NCBI GenBank assembly: GCA_964016885.1 | Contig: OZ024743.1 | Coordinates: 224,006,001 to 224,070,000, forward strand | DNA from: Eledone cirrhosa | Taxonomy: Eukaryota | Length of the DNA stretch: 64,000 bases | Reading direction: 5' to 3' | Shown: positions 42,993 to 54,290 of the stretch, piece by piece | Numbering within the stretch: the stretch's first letter is position 1 | Layout: every line of letters begins with the position of its first letter | The notes under the pieces: generated by a model | Databases searched by the model: none | Told to the model about the DNA's origin: nothing | What the model saw: only the letters and a program-made list of their open reading frames with translations | Made by a program: the position numbers and the translations under genes

Positions 42993-45900
42993 TTAGACGA
43001 ATATTGTTTTTGAGAGTTTACGTGGCCATATTACTGCCCTGCCACTTCGTGTGACATATGGTTGTGTGGTATGTGGTGTTTGCGGTGGATGTGAAGGTGT
43101 TTGTGGGGTAGTGTATGTGCGAGGTATGTCAGGCAATGATGCGACTCTTTCAGAGAAAGCCTTCTTTGCTCTGTCATCGGATATTACCTCTTTTCGACCA
43201 TTGACATCCACTGTAAAGTGTTTTGGTGTGTGCGAAAGCACACGAAAAGGTCTATTGTAGGGTGACGTAAGAGGTCCCTTGACTGAATCATTCCGTATGA
43301 AAATGTGTGTCCACGTAGAGATGTCCGATGGGACAGCAGAAGAAATAGATTGGTCACGAGGGCTCATTGAAGGAAGATCCGAGAGATACGAACGAATCCT
43401 GGTAACATATGATGCTGGGTCAAGATGTGATGAATCCACTGGTGCTAACATTTTTCCAGGAAGAGACAATGTGGTGCCATAAAGAAGTTCAGCAGAAGAA
43501 AAACCTAAATCTGTCTTAATGGCAGAACGACAACCAAGAAGCACGATTGGCAAAAATTCGGTTCAACGTTGCGGATCAGGAGTAGCGCGAAGTGCTTGAA
43601 ACCTCTCGACCATTCCATTGGAGGCTGGATTATAGCTGGTCGTATGAATGTGATGAGCACCCAAGAGTCGTGATATTTCACGAAATAAGGAAGCTTCAAA
43701 TTGGTGTCCACGATCCGTAGTTATTTTAATAGGAACACCAAAGCGAGCAATCCAATTGGAAATGAAAGCTCGGGCAACGGACTCTGCTGTTATGTCCACT
43801 AAGGGTATGGCTTCAGGTCACCGAGAGAAACGATCGATACAAGTCAATATGTATGTGAACCCACGACTAACGGGCCATGGACCAACAATATCCATGTGAA
43901 TATGACGGAAACATGCGTGTGGCGTGCTGAATTTCCCAAGAGGAGAGCTGACATGCCGATAAATCTTAGAGCGCTGACACTTCAAACAAGAACGTGCCCA
44001 ACCGGTGATTAAACGACGCATATTAGGCCAGAAAAATCGAGCTGTAATAAGCTTCACCGTGGCAGCTATGCCGGGATGCGACAAGGAATGAAGTGCATCA
44101 AAAACGGTACGCTGATGACAATCTGGAACAAGTGGTCTGGGTGAGCCAGTAGAAATATCGCAGAGAATTTTTCCTTCAGAAGATGGAAGAGGTAAATATT
44201 CCAATTTGCAGCAGGAGAACTGGTCAGAGGAAATGTCCAGCGAATCCAAAGTAGGTTGGTCAGTTGCAATGGCAACTAAATCGATATGTGCAGGAGACGC
44301 AAGAGAACACGCAGAAAGTCGAGATAATGCGTCCGCGATGTGTGTTGGCAGCTCCAGCTATATGACGAATGTCACTAGTGTACTGGGAGATGAAATCCAA
44401 ATGTCTGTATGCCCTTGGAGAGTATCTGTCGGACTTGGTTTGAAGAGCGAATGTGAGTGGTTTATGGTCTGTGAATACCGTGAACTCCCAACCTTCAAGA
44501 AGATGGTGGAAGTGTCTCACAGCAAGATAAACTGCTAAAAGCTCTCTGTCAAAAGTACTGTAACGTTGCTCTGCTGAGAAAAACGCCAGTGGTTGAACTT
44601 GGTGGTCGATCGCATGTTGCAAGACTGCTCCAACAGCATGATCGGATGCGTCAACAGATAAAGAAAGTCTCGCGTTTGCAACAGGATGGGCGAGTAAGGA
44701 AACTTCAGCTATCTCAGACTTGACGGATTCAAAAGACTGCAAAGCATTGGCAGAAAGTGAAATAGGAGCATCTTTCTTTTTCGCAGCCTTTAAAAACTGT
44801 CAAGGGGAACAACTTGTCCGCACAGTTAGGAATGAAGCGACGATAAAAGTTAATCCCAAGAAATGACGTAATTGTTTCAGGGAGGTGGGTGGTGCGATAT
44901 GCTGAATCGCTTCTACCTTAGATGGCAAAGGTCGTATGCCTTCTGAATCTATAAGATGTCCAAGGAATTCCAGTGAATCTGTACCAAACACACATTTAGC
45001 TGGGTTGATTCTGACTTGGTACGATTGGAGACGTTGAAATAACTGAGATAGATGTTGATGATGGTGTTCATCCGAATCACTGGCTATCAGGAGATCATCA
45101 ACGTAAGCAAACACGAAATCCAATCCACGCGTGACTTCATCGATAAAACGCTGGAACGTACTAGAAGCATTCCGCAAATCAAAAAGCATGGACAGGAATT
45201 CAAAGGAACCAAAGGGGGTGGTCACAGCTGTTTTTGATATATCCTCTGGATTCATGGGTATCTGGTGGTATGCACGTATTAGATCTATTTTGGAAAATAT
45301 CTTGCATCCATGCAGAACGGATGAAAAATCCTGTAAATTTGATAGAGGATAACGGTCCCGGCGTGGTGATGGCATTAAGTTGTCGATAATCTCCCACAGG
45401 CCTAAAATCTGCTTCACCTTTACGAGCCAAGTGAAGCGGAGATGCCCATGGGCTGGTGGACGGTCGTATAACACCAAGCTGGAGCATATGCTCGAACTCG
45501 TTTCGTGCTTTTTTTAGTCTATCCGGAGCCAACTTCGTGGACGAGAGAAAACAGGTGGACCAGTTGTTGTAACGAAGTGTTGAGTCGAGTGGGCTGCCTG
45601 AGTAGGTTTAAATGAAATATCCGTTAACTCGGGAAACGAAGTAAGGAGTGCATGAAACTGGTTTCTAGCGGCAGCCACAAAAAATGACGGACTGACAGCA
45701 GTAGTGGTAGATTTACGAGTAGGCGTAGATAAGGATGTGGCACTATCCACAAGTTTCTGGTTCCTGACATCTACCAAAAGTGAAAAGTGCTGTAAGAAAT
45801 CCGCACCGAGAATAGGATGAGGTAGGTCGGCAATGACAAAAATCCATTTGAAATCTCGACTTAAAGTTAGGTCCAATGTTAAAGATATTTGTCCATAAGT

Positions 45901-46100
45901 TTTTATAGGAGACTGGTTTACTGCATACAAAGAAATGCCGGAAAGGGTTGGCTTGGTAGAGTTGAACCGTAAGGGCCAAATACTGCAACTTGATCCTGTG
46001 TCGACCATGAATGATTTGTTTGAAACTCGGTCTCTAATGAAAAAAGCACGATAAGGTGAATTAATGAGGGAGAGATCTGCCGTGCCCAGACTCTCCAATT
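42993..46100 (-). pseudogene. pol: Gypsy pol (protease, RT, RNase H, integrase) with several frameshifts and stops
   Basis: FMVDTGSS (protease), [14 protein letters not shown] and FAYVDDLLI (RT), VDASDHAVG/YSTFDRELLA/TDHKPL (RNase H), HSLSHPG..CLKC, HMDIVGP and TTDRGHQF (integrase). Confidence 0.93.
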
Positions 46101-46857
46101 TTAGTTTTCCGAGGTCTAGAAAGAGCAGGGCTGAATACAATGTTTCGCCTTTTCACGAAAACGCATGTGATACCAACACAAAGACGAGTTGTTGGCGGGG
46201 TGGTTGGCGCGACGGTGAAAGGAAGAAGACCAACTTCGTGAACGCCGTCTAGATGGCGTTCGATCCCTACATAGTTTAGCTACTTGCTAGTTATCGCGTC
46301 AATAGCTCTCAACATTGAGTCCTCACGAGGTGAAGCAGGCTGGGTTTTGAAACCAGAAGAGGCAATGACCGAATCAGCCGAGGTAGGTTCTCTAGAAAAT
46401 TCCATAATTCTGTCTGCAGAGGCAGCAATTTGTTCTATCGAACTGGTGTCAACCGTATTCGCTAATATGGTTTTCACATTAGTTGGCAAACGGGAGAAGA
46501 ATAACTTTTTTACGAAGGAACTGTCTTCGGGTGCAGCATCACTGAGTTCACGGATACGCTGTTAGGAGTTCTGTCCCCCAGATTTTCATCCTCTAATAAG
46601 GAACGAAATTTACTCTCAGGTGACCTACAGTTCCTACGCAGTACCTCTGTCTTCAGAGACTCGTAGGAAACGCCTTGGGGAGGGTTCTTGATTATGTCTT
46701 TTACTCTAATCGCTAGTGAAGTTGGAATTCCGCTGATTAGCACGTTTAATTTTTGCTGTTTTTCCTGTACTCCGTTGACCGAAAAATACGCATCAAGCTG
46801 GGCGAACCACAATTTGGCATCACCAGAATACGCTGGTAACGATGTGTTGCTCATAAT
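46101..46857 (-). pseudogene. gag: Gypsy gag, disrupted, with CHCC zinc knuckle
   Basis: LWFAQLDAYF and LGDRTP segments. Minus-strand CWYHMRFREKAKHCIQPC (Cx2Hx9Cx3C) near 46125-46180 is typical of the CsRn1 clade. Ends at GGAAAAC-TAA, a candidate -1 frameshift site. Confidence 0.85.
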
Positions 46858-46943
46858 GAAATTTGGTCGAGAGAGATGATTTTCTTTTTCAAAACGTCGG
46901 TAGAAATTATTTGTTCAAACGTCGGTAGAAATTATATGTTCAA

Positions 46944-46955
46944 ACGGGGTCACCA
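46944..46955 (-). promoter_or_regulatory. Primer binding site, tRNA-Trp type
   Basis: TGGTGACCCCG lies 1 nt after the 5' LTR and is complementary to the eukaryotic tRNA-Trp 3' end (...CGGGGTCACCA). Confidence 0.8.
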
Positions 46956-46956
46956 C

Positions 46957-47223
46957 TTTAGTGAATTGGTCACAGGGTTATTTACTTTGGTAAACGCCAC
47001 TGCAAGCCAACCACTAATTAAATTCGATACAGATATAATAAGGTTAACAAACTCGCTCGTGAGTGAACTGTCCAAGAGCCGGTCGCCACATAAGCTAAGA
47101 TGTCTCTTTTCTCCCTCCTTTATAATCCCTAGACCGGAAGTTCAAGGAATCTTCTAGAATTCAACGGGAAGTAACTCCAATTAGTTTTTTTTCTCCCCGG
47201 GCAAGGTGGCGCTAGTCGCTACA
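46957..47223 (-). repeat. 5' LTR
   Basis: Minus strand starts TGTAGCGACTAG and ends TTCACTAAA. Confidence 0.95.
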
Positions 47224-47579
47224 AGAGTATAAATAAATAAAGAGTTAATAAATAAATAAATTATACTTTTTTACCCTCCCATTTCCAATTAAATCGAACG
47301 CTATCGTGACAGTATGTGTAAATGTATATGTGTGAATGTATGTATGCTTGTGTGAAAGTATGTGTGAATGTATGTGTATTTGTGTGAATTATGTCCGTGA
47401 GTGTGTATTTTTATAAGTTTGTGTTTGCGCCATTATAGTTATATACTCATACATATAGATGTATGTATGTGCACACTCATACGTGTCAGTGTGTAGAAAA
47501 TCATAATCTTCCTATCTCTCTCATCACACACTCTCTCTTTCTATATATATGGTAGTTGAAGTGGTGGTGGTGGCGACGA

Positions 47580-47779
47580 TATACCGGAAGTGCAACTTTG
47601 AAAAGAAGTCAATTTCAGATTATTTATTCTTACGAAATTATTTGTTTACGAAATTTAGCATATAAATTATGTAATATTCATTCATTATTTATTCAAAGTA
47701 ATCCAACTTATTTTACTAACTGGATTAAAATAAATAAACCGTACGCAGTCCCACAGCCCTTGCTTTATTATAGTTTAGA
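47580..47779 (-). mobile_element. Diverged 5' part of a third related Helitron-like copy (may extend left to about 47230)
   Basis: Shares TAAATTATGTAATATTCATTCATTATTTATTCAAAGTAATCCAACTTATTTTACTAA and CTTTATTATAGTTTAGAT with 48235-48352. Confidence 0.65.
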
Positions 47780-47862
47780 TTAAAATATCAGAGGCCGTAT
47801 TTAAATAAACCTGAATCAACTGAATATGGCCTCCGATCTCTTAATAATAGCCATTACATATA

Positions 47863-48351
47863 CTAGCAGAAAACCACCCCTCGGGTGGTTTTTCTGCTAG
47901 TGTGTAGTGTGTATATTGATATTTTACGCAAGTATATATGCATGTTACATCAAATGCATGATACATCAAATAAAATCGTAATTGACAATATACACAGAAA
48001 TTGAACGAAGACTGCGTTACACTGTCTTATTTAATCAGTAACGTAATCCATGGTACATTGAAAAAAAGACGATATTATATATAAACTGCATTAGGAGAAA
48101 ATTAGTGACGGAAATATATGAGTATTTATTTAGCCGATCGCCACCGGAAGTGTTTACATTTGAAAATTTTAACGAATTGAATATTTAAATAAATAATAAA
48201 ATATATTTAATGAACAGCCACGAAATATAGTAGATAAATTATGTAATATTCATTCATTATTTATTCAAAGTAATCCAACTTATTTTACTAAGGGGATAAA
48301 AAATTATAAACCGTATGCAATCCCGCGTTTCTTACTTTATTATAGTTTAGA
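47863..48351 (-). mobile_element. Non-autonomous Helitron-like element, copy 2
   Basis: Reverse complement of copy 1 without the SINE. 5' TC, 3' hairpin and CTAG, in A|T context. Confidence 0.75.
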
Positions 48352-48356
48352 TATAT

Positions 48357-49049
48357 AAGTCCGGGAATCTAACACGTGTTAGATTCCCGGACTTCCACAC
48401 GGGAATATACCGCGACGATGGACTGACCTTATCGAGCCATAAAAGTGGTCACGACCTCGACCGGTTTAGCTCCTACCTTCAATGAGTTAGGACTTAGGAT
48501 AACAGTAGCTACCAACCTCTCTGAACCACCAGTCGACTTTTAGGTACCTGGACAGACGTTTATCCACGAAACTCACCTGCCACGTATGGTCCCTCTAGGA
48601 CTCAAGTATAGACCACTCCATTCAATGGAAAGCCATCACTAAGTCCAAGCCATACGCAAGGGGCAATCCGTCGTGTGGATTATGTATTGATGAACGAATA
48701 AATATTCTAAAGAGATTACGCAATAGTGATTGCCTAAACTCAAGGAATGAATTCTTCACAGGTTGTCCACACGTCTGAAAATACCTCTTACATAACTACA
48801 AAGCTCCGGATTGAATTACAACAACATCCTAATTTTCTTATCAGCGTGAAACTTTTTGACTTTCACAGTTATCTCCCTTACACTTCTCGCACGCAATTTA
48901 GTATTGCCTGTGTGAAGTGATCGTTTCTGCGCATGCGTGTTCGTACAGTTGTCCTTCCTGTTCCGTATAACCATGTCCATTACGAGCTGAGGATCCGCTA
49001 GGTGAAACAATTGTTCTAGGTATGGTGAACTAACTGTTGTGTAACCACT

Positions 49050-49050
<1 letters not shown>
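48357..49050 (+). mobile_element. Penelope-like element remnant: internally deleted RT plus GIY-YIG C-terminus, 3' UTR with hammerhead, 5' palindrome
   Basis: GIYRDDGL at about 48401-48425. SCGLCIDERINIL...LNSRNEFFTGCPH at about 48671-48771. Perfect 38-bp palindrome at 48357-48394. Confidence 0.75.
48983..49019 (+). ncRNA. Minimal hammerhead motif, partly decayed
   Basis: CGAG-CTGAGGA-TCCGCTAGGT-GAAA-CAATTG-TT-CTAG. Stem III is a palindrome. One stem I mismatch. Confidence 0.6.
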
Positions 49051-49085
<35 letters not shown>

Positions 49086-49466
49086 AATAGTTTAAACCTC
49101 TTTGGTAGTGTACAAAATAATATATTAATAAAACATAATTGTCAGAAGTAGTAAAAAGTGTTTAGCAATTATCACTAGGGGAAAAAAATATTAATTTGAA
49201 TCTAACGCTTTCGCCTTTCAAGAGACGGGGTGAGATATGAATTTATTTGCAATTAAATAACAACAAAATAACCATTAAATATATCTTAATTAGCGTCATG
49301 AAAGTATAAAGCGGTAGATTCAAATTATAAAGGACATGTTATCATCATATTTTTACCGAAGTGATAAACAGTTTTTATTACATACACCTACCAATTATAT
49401 TTTATTGATATAGAACTGTTCCCACTTTTAAGTACGTATTTTTCCTGAATATTATGTGCTTTATAA

Positions 49467-49527
49467 AATAAAGTACCAGTAATGTACTGGGTAATTGCTG
49501 GCCTTGTGCCAAAAGTAGAAACAATTA
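49467..49527 (+). mobile_element. 3' fragment of the abundant SINE
   Basis: AAATAAAGTACCAGTAATGTACTGGGTAATTGCTGGCCTTGTGCCAAAAGTAGAAACAATTA matches the 3' end of the copy at 56591-56770. Confidence 0.8.
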
Positions 49528-49641
49528 TGTTCTTTATATATGTATAAAATATTATATGTTTCTTAAACGATATATGGCTCCTTTTCTCTCTCTATATATA
49601 TATATATATGTATATATAGACATATATCTCTTAATTTGAAT

Positions 49642-49711
<70 letters not shown>

Positions 49712-49914
49712 GTAATCTGAGTTTTTCGAATATTAATAACATTCGATTCGTTTGCAATTATACAAACAAGCCTCATTTTTTATAACCATGTCAGTAGAAT
49801 GAACTCTTCATTCTTGCTCTTATATTCAGCCATGTAGACGAAAATTTTCTTTTTTTATTTGGATTTGGCAAAGCCGGCCATTTATTGCTCGTATAAAGGA
49901 AATTGACTGGCTAG

Positions 49915-50011
49915 TCTGCTGATATGCAAATCTGGCTGATCAGTGGATCTGCTAATATGCAGATCTGACTGATCACCTCGTCTGTTAATATGCAAATCAG
50001 GCCGATCAGTC
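49915..50011. repeat. Three tandem 33-bp units TCTG(C/T)T(G/A)ATATGCA(A/G)ATC.G.C.GATCA
   Basis: Starts at 49915, 49948 and 49981. Confidence 0.85.
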
Positions 50012-50077
50012 ACTGTATATTTTAGAAAATAGCATATATTTTCGCTAGTTCTGACAGTTGGCAGGTGAACAGTGAGC

Positions 50078-50119
50078 TGTACTGATGAAGGGTGATACCC
50101 AGAAACATTAGTGTCTACA
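50078..50119 (+). ncRNA. Minimal type I hammerhead ribozyme motif (GUC site)
   Basis: TGTA-CTGATGA-AGGGTGATACCCA-GAAA-CATTAGTG-TC-TACA. Confidence 0.75.
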
Positions 50120-51451
50120 ATTCTGTTTACATGCCAACACAAGAGTAAGAATGAAGAGTTCATTCTACTGACAAGGCTATAAAAATGAGGCTTGTTTGTA
50201 TAATTGCAAACGAATCGAATGTTATTATTAATATTCGAAAAACTCAGATTACATTTATTGTATTCAGCCATGTAGAGCGAAAGTTTTCTAGGGACCAACC
50301 CAGGATGAGCAGACACCATGATAGCCTAGAGATTGATTCTGACACAGCCTTTATAATTTGGCCAACATCTTTATAACACACACACATTTTATTTTACTTT
50401 ATTTTTCATTTTTGATTTTTCATTATTCATTTGTTATTTATTTTCTGTTTTCTTTACTTTATCACCCTATATTTATATTTAAGTTGAGATTGGTTATAAC
50501 ACACGCACATTTTATTTGATTACCCTATTTCGTTTTATTCTTTTACCATCTTGTTCCTCCTACCACTTTATCCAACATATTTCTGACCTTGAGATTGGTT
50601 ATAGCACAGACACATTTTATTTTATTTGAATCTTCATTTTTATTTTTCACTTTTCATTTTCATTTTTCATTACTTTTTCATTAATTTTTCATTTATTCTC
50701 TATTTATTATTTATTTTCTGTTTTCTTCATTTTATTGCCTTCTATTTCTTCATATACATGGCAGAACCCCACCACCACCACCACCACCACCACGGGAGCT
50801 GGTGGCAGGAGGGATGAAGAAACACAAACACAGATACTTCTAAATGTCAGCAGCAGCAAGACATAGGCTGACCACAACACCAACAACACTACCAAAATAA
50901 GGGTAGAGGTCAGAGGTACTTAACAATAGTAAACACAAACACTACAGAGAGCCTCAGCCCAGCAAGAATTTCTATAGACTTTTGACTGAGGAATGCTCTC
51001 AAAACTGACCAATGGGAAGAGTGACCTTACAAATCTTTATAACATTGAGATGGGTATAACACACACATTTTATTCGATTATTTTATTTTATTTTGTTCCT
51101 TTACCATCTTATTCCTTCTACCACTTTATCATTTTTTTGAGCTGACTCCAACAACAACACCACTACCAACATAAGAATAGAGGTCAGATGTACCTAACAA
51201 TAACAAGAACAACCACTACAGAGTGGCTTACTTCAGAACGAATTTCTATAAACTTTTGACTGAGGAATGTTCTAACAACTGACCAATGAGAGGAGAAGAA
51301 GCCCTTTGACGCTGAAATTCGTTTGTTTAAATTCATATGATTCCAGTTCCTCAGTGAAATAACAACCCAACCAGGAACTGGGCATATCAGAATATTGACA
51401 AAGTTAAACACCTCAACAACATGTGTACCCGTCTCTACCATACTAATTCGG

Positions 51452-51506
51452 ATTGCCTGAAGAGGTCACAGCCAACGATGACTGTCACCGAAATATATAT
51501 AGCAGT
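51452..51506 (+). ncRNA. Type I hammerhead ribozyme motif
   Basis: ATTGC-CTGAAGA-GGTCACAGCC..GACTGTCACC-GAAA-TATATA-TA-GCAGT. Confidence 0.8.
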
Positions 51507-51552
51507 AATAAACGAAGCCAAATTTTTAACATTTGACTTATTTATTTTATTT

Positions 51553-51666
<114 letters not shown>

Positions 51667-51705
51667 GTTAAATATTTAAAATTTGGCTTTGTTTATTAAA
51701 GGTGT

Positions 51706-51760
51706 ACTGCTATATATATTTCAGTGACAGCCATCCTTGGCTGTGACCTCTTCAGGCAGT
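51706..51760 (-). ncRNA. Type I hammerhead ribozyme motif
   Basis: Minus strand ACTGC-CTGAAGA-GGTCACAGCC-AAGGAT-GGCTGTCACT-GAAA-TATATA-TA-GCAGT. Stem I is perfect. Confidence 0.82.
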
Positions 51761-52419
51761 CCGAATTGGTGTGGTGGTAGAGACAGCTACACATCATGTT
51801 GAAGTGTTTTACTCCGTCAATACTCCGATATGCCCAGTTCCTGGTTGGGTTGTTATTTCTCTGAGGAACTGGAATCATATGAATTCGAACAAACGAATTT
51901 CAGCGTCAAAGGACACTCTCTCCTCCCATTGGTCAGTTGTGAGAACATTCTTCAGTCAAAAGTCTATAGAAATTTTTCTGAGGCAAGGCAATCTGTAGTG
52001 GTTGTTCTTGTTAAGAACAGCTGACCTCCTCCCTTGTTGGTAGTGGTATTGGTGTTAGGGGGTCAGCAGGCAGTTCAGCTTTAGTTCGGCTGCTGCTATA
52101 TTTAGAAGAATTTGTGTGTGGGGGTTGGCATCTATCCTGCCACCATTTCACGTGGTGGGGGGGGGGCAAACAGCTGAAGAAATAAGATAAAGTAAAATGG
52201 AGAAATAAAAGAATAAGAGGCAATAAAATATATATTTCAGATCAGATTTCAGAACATCGGCTTCCCTCTAGTATAGCTTCTTTCAACTGGAATTTCTTGG
52301 CACATCTTTACACATTGATCATCCATACGCAGCTGTCACTCTTATTTTCATGTGTGTGTGTGTGTGTATGTTAATGTTGTGGGAGTAATGTACCTTTACT
52401 CTAGTGAATTCATTTATGA

Positions 52420-52600
52420 GGAACATCGATGAACAAACTAGCAGCTGTCTCATATGACTGGAATCAGTTATGGAATGTACCAGGAGATTATCACAGAACA
52501 CAAGAACATGTGTCACGTCGCTGTGACTTTTGTTTCCCGGTTATTGACACCAGATCAAAAACAGCGGTGTTTTGGCATGTACCTTGAACTTTGTGAGAGC
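52420..52600 (+). pseudogene. Mariner transposase fragment
   Basis: GISYG..QEIITE...M..VA..FVSRLLTPDQKQR corresponds to the mariner HTH/WVPRLL linker region. Confidence 0.7.
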
Positions 52601-52654
52601 ATTAACCTGATGAGGCACCTCCACGGAATAGTTGATGAAATTCAATCGACGGTG

Positions 52655-52740
52655 TATTGAGTCCCTGAGCAAGACATTTTATTCAAGACATTCTCCATTC
52701 TTTTCAGCTGAACTACAATAGTTATACCTGTAATTCAAAT
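52655..52740 (+). mobile_element. CORE-SINE fragment
   Basis: GTCCCTGAGCAAGACATTTTATTC...CTCCATTC...TCAGCTG resembles the CORE domain. Confidence 0.5.
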
Positions 52741-53307
52741 AGTTGTACATTTTAATAATAGTAACAGTGGCCGGGGGGGGGGGGGTACTTCCTTCTCCAG
52801 CCTCACATACCTTTCCATGTGGCACACGGGTTTCTAATTTAGGCACAAGGCCAGTAATTTGAGATGGTGTGAAATTACACGCGCCTTACACGGTCAGTTA
52901 CAACCAAGAATTACAATCACTCAGAACTAATGATAGAAATAATTGTACTTCTCTATCTCAATATGTTTGGAAATTAAAGCACAGTATGATAAAAAAAAAT
53001 GTCCCGTAAATGTTCACCTGAAACATTATGGATATATAGCACTCCTAAAACAACAGGAAATATTTTTTATACTATATGAGAAGTTCCATATTCTGGCAAA
53101 GCCATCCAAATCGTTGAACATTAGAAATACGAAGTGTTGCCATTTTTACCGCTACGAAATGAAATTCTCTTTACTGCGATTTCAGGTTCTTGTTTAACAT
53201 CAAAATATTCAATACGCAATCGCAAAGAAAATATGGCAAAAGCAACACACTTATAAGTGTCAAAAATGTACTCGAAATTAAGAGAAAGAGAAACATACAT
53301 ACATACA

Positions 53308-53570
53308 TAATGGAACAGTAAAAATATGTAAAACATTCCAAACATTTTGCATCTAGTAACTGCATATACACATGTACAGATACTAAGCATATACACATGC
53401 ATACATACAACTCAAAACATCCATATCTACACATGCATGCATGCAGACATGCGTACATATCTACCTAGTTGATGTTGCGTAAATTCCAATGGGAGAGTCT
53501 TGTGTCTATGTTAGAAACCGACTCTCTCTCTCTATTGGCAAACATTTGTAAAATTATAAAACCAGAAGTA
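53308..53570 (+). mobile_element. Short 3' tail of an RLE-type non-LTR retrotransposon in (CATA)n
   Basis: Near-duplicate of 55634-55912. Confidence 0.7.
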
Positions 53571-53774
53571 CATACATACATAGACTATAAATGGCTGTCA
53601 TAGCTGGCACCTTCAAATTCTGCAAAATATTCTTGCGATTCAAGGGATGACAATTTCTTTTCTTTTTCAGGAAGGTGGCCGGTCAAAAATGTACTCGAAA
53701 TTAAGAGAAAGAGAAACATACATACATACATACATACATACATACATACATACATACATACATACATACATACA

Positions 53775-54290
53775 TGGTGGCTGCCAACTCGTTTTCGAGT
53801 ACAGCCACTACTTTATATCCATGTAGGAGAACCCCTACCGATGCGCTAAACAAGTGTGACTTTTAGTCCAGCCAGCGACTTGAAAACTCTGGTACCAACA
53901 CTACACCTGTAACAATTATTGACACATAGTGCTGGGCCCTTGGTACCATGTGACAAGTGTAGAGAGATCTCCAGATATAAAGCAATGCCTGTGCCGTGAA
54001 GCTTTTATAGTGATCAAAGGCACTGCACAAAGCCAGTCCCACTCTCTTAACCCAAGATGATATTTACCAAAAAGAAGAACAAGTCAACATCATTGGATAC
54101 CATCAGGGTTGCAGGTGTTATATCAGAGTTTTCCTTCTCCTAGAATTCTGCCTTGACAAAGGCTAAGGGGTCATCTCTCCCGGTGATTTTGGATGGCCAT
54201 TGACTCTTAAGAGCTCCTTTGCCCTTTGACAGGTTTTGTTTTTAGTCCTGCAGGATGTCCAAAGTCACCTTCCTCACCAAGAAACCTTGG
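53775..54290 (-). mobile_element. Probable LINE (RTE-like) 5' UTR fragment flanked by (CATA)n
   Basis: Minus strand TTAGCCTTTGTCAAGGCAG..CTAGGAGAAGGAAAACTCTGA resembles an RTE-type 5' UTR motif from memory. Confidence 0.4.

Larger units (their letters stand above)
42478..47223 (-). mobile_element. Full-length, decayed Ty3/Gypsy LTR retrotransposon, CsRn1/Kabuki-like
   Basis: Two LTRs of 265 and 267 bp, 4-bp TSD AGAG, PBS, PPT, and domain order gag-PR-RT-RH-IN. Confidence 0.95.
49707..50290 (+). mobile_element. Non-coding hammerhead-bearing unit (438-bp period) with terminal redundancy and an inverted 5' copy, next to (TA)n
   Basis: 49707-49821 is the reverse complement of 50141-50257. TATTCAGCCATGTAG occurs at both 49823 and 50261. 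Confidence 0.7.

Noticed and set aside
42993-46857. Many lesions in gag-pol despite about 2% LTR divergence, as a sign of trans-mobilisation
   Set aside because: About 9 lesions in 3.9 kb could come from ordinary decay plus sequencing indels. Cannot be distinguished here.
52612-52655. CTGATGAG...GAAA candidate hammerhead
   Set aside because: No stem I partner or convincing stems II and III.
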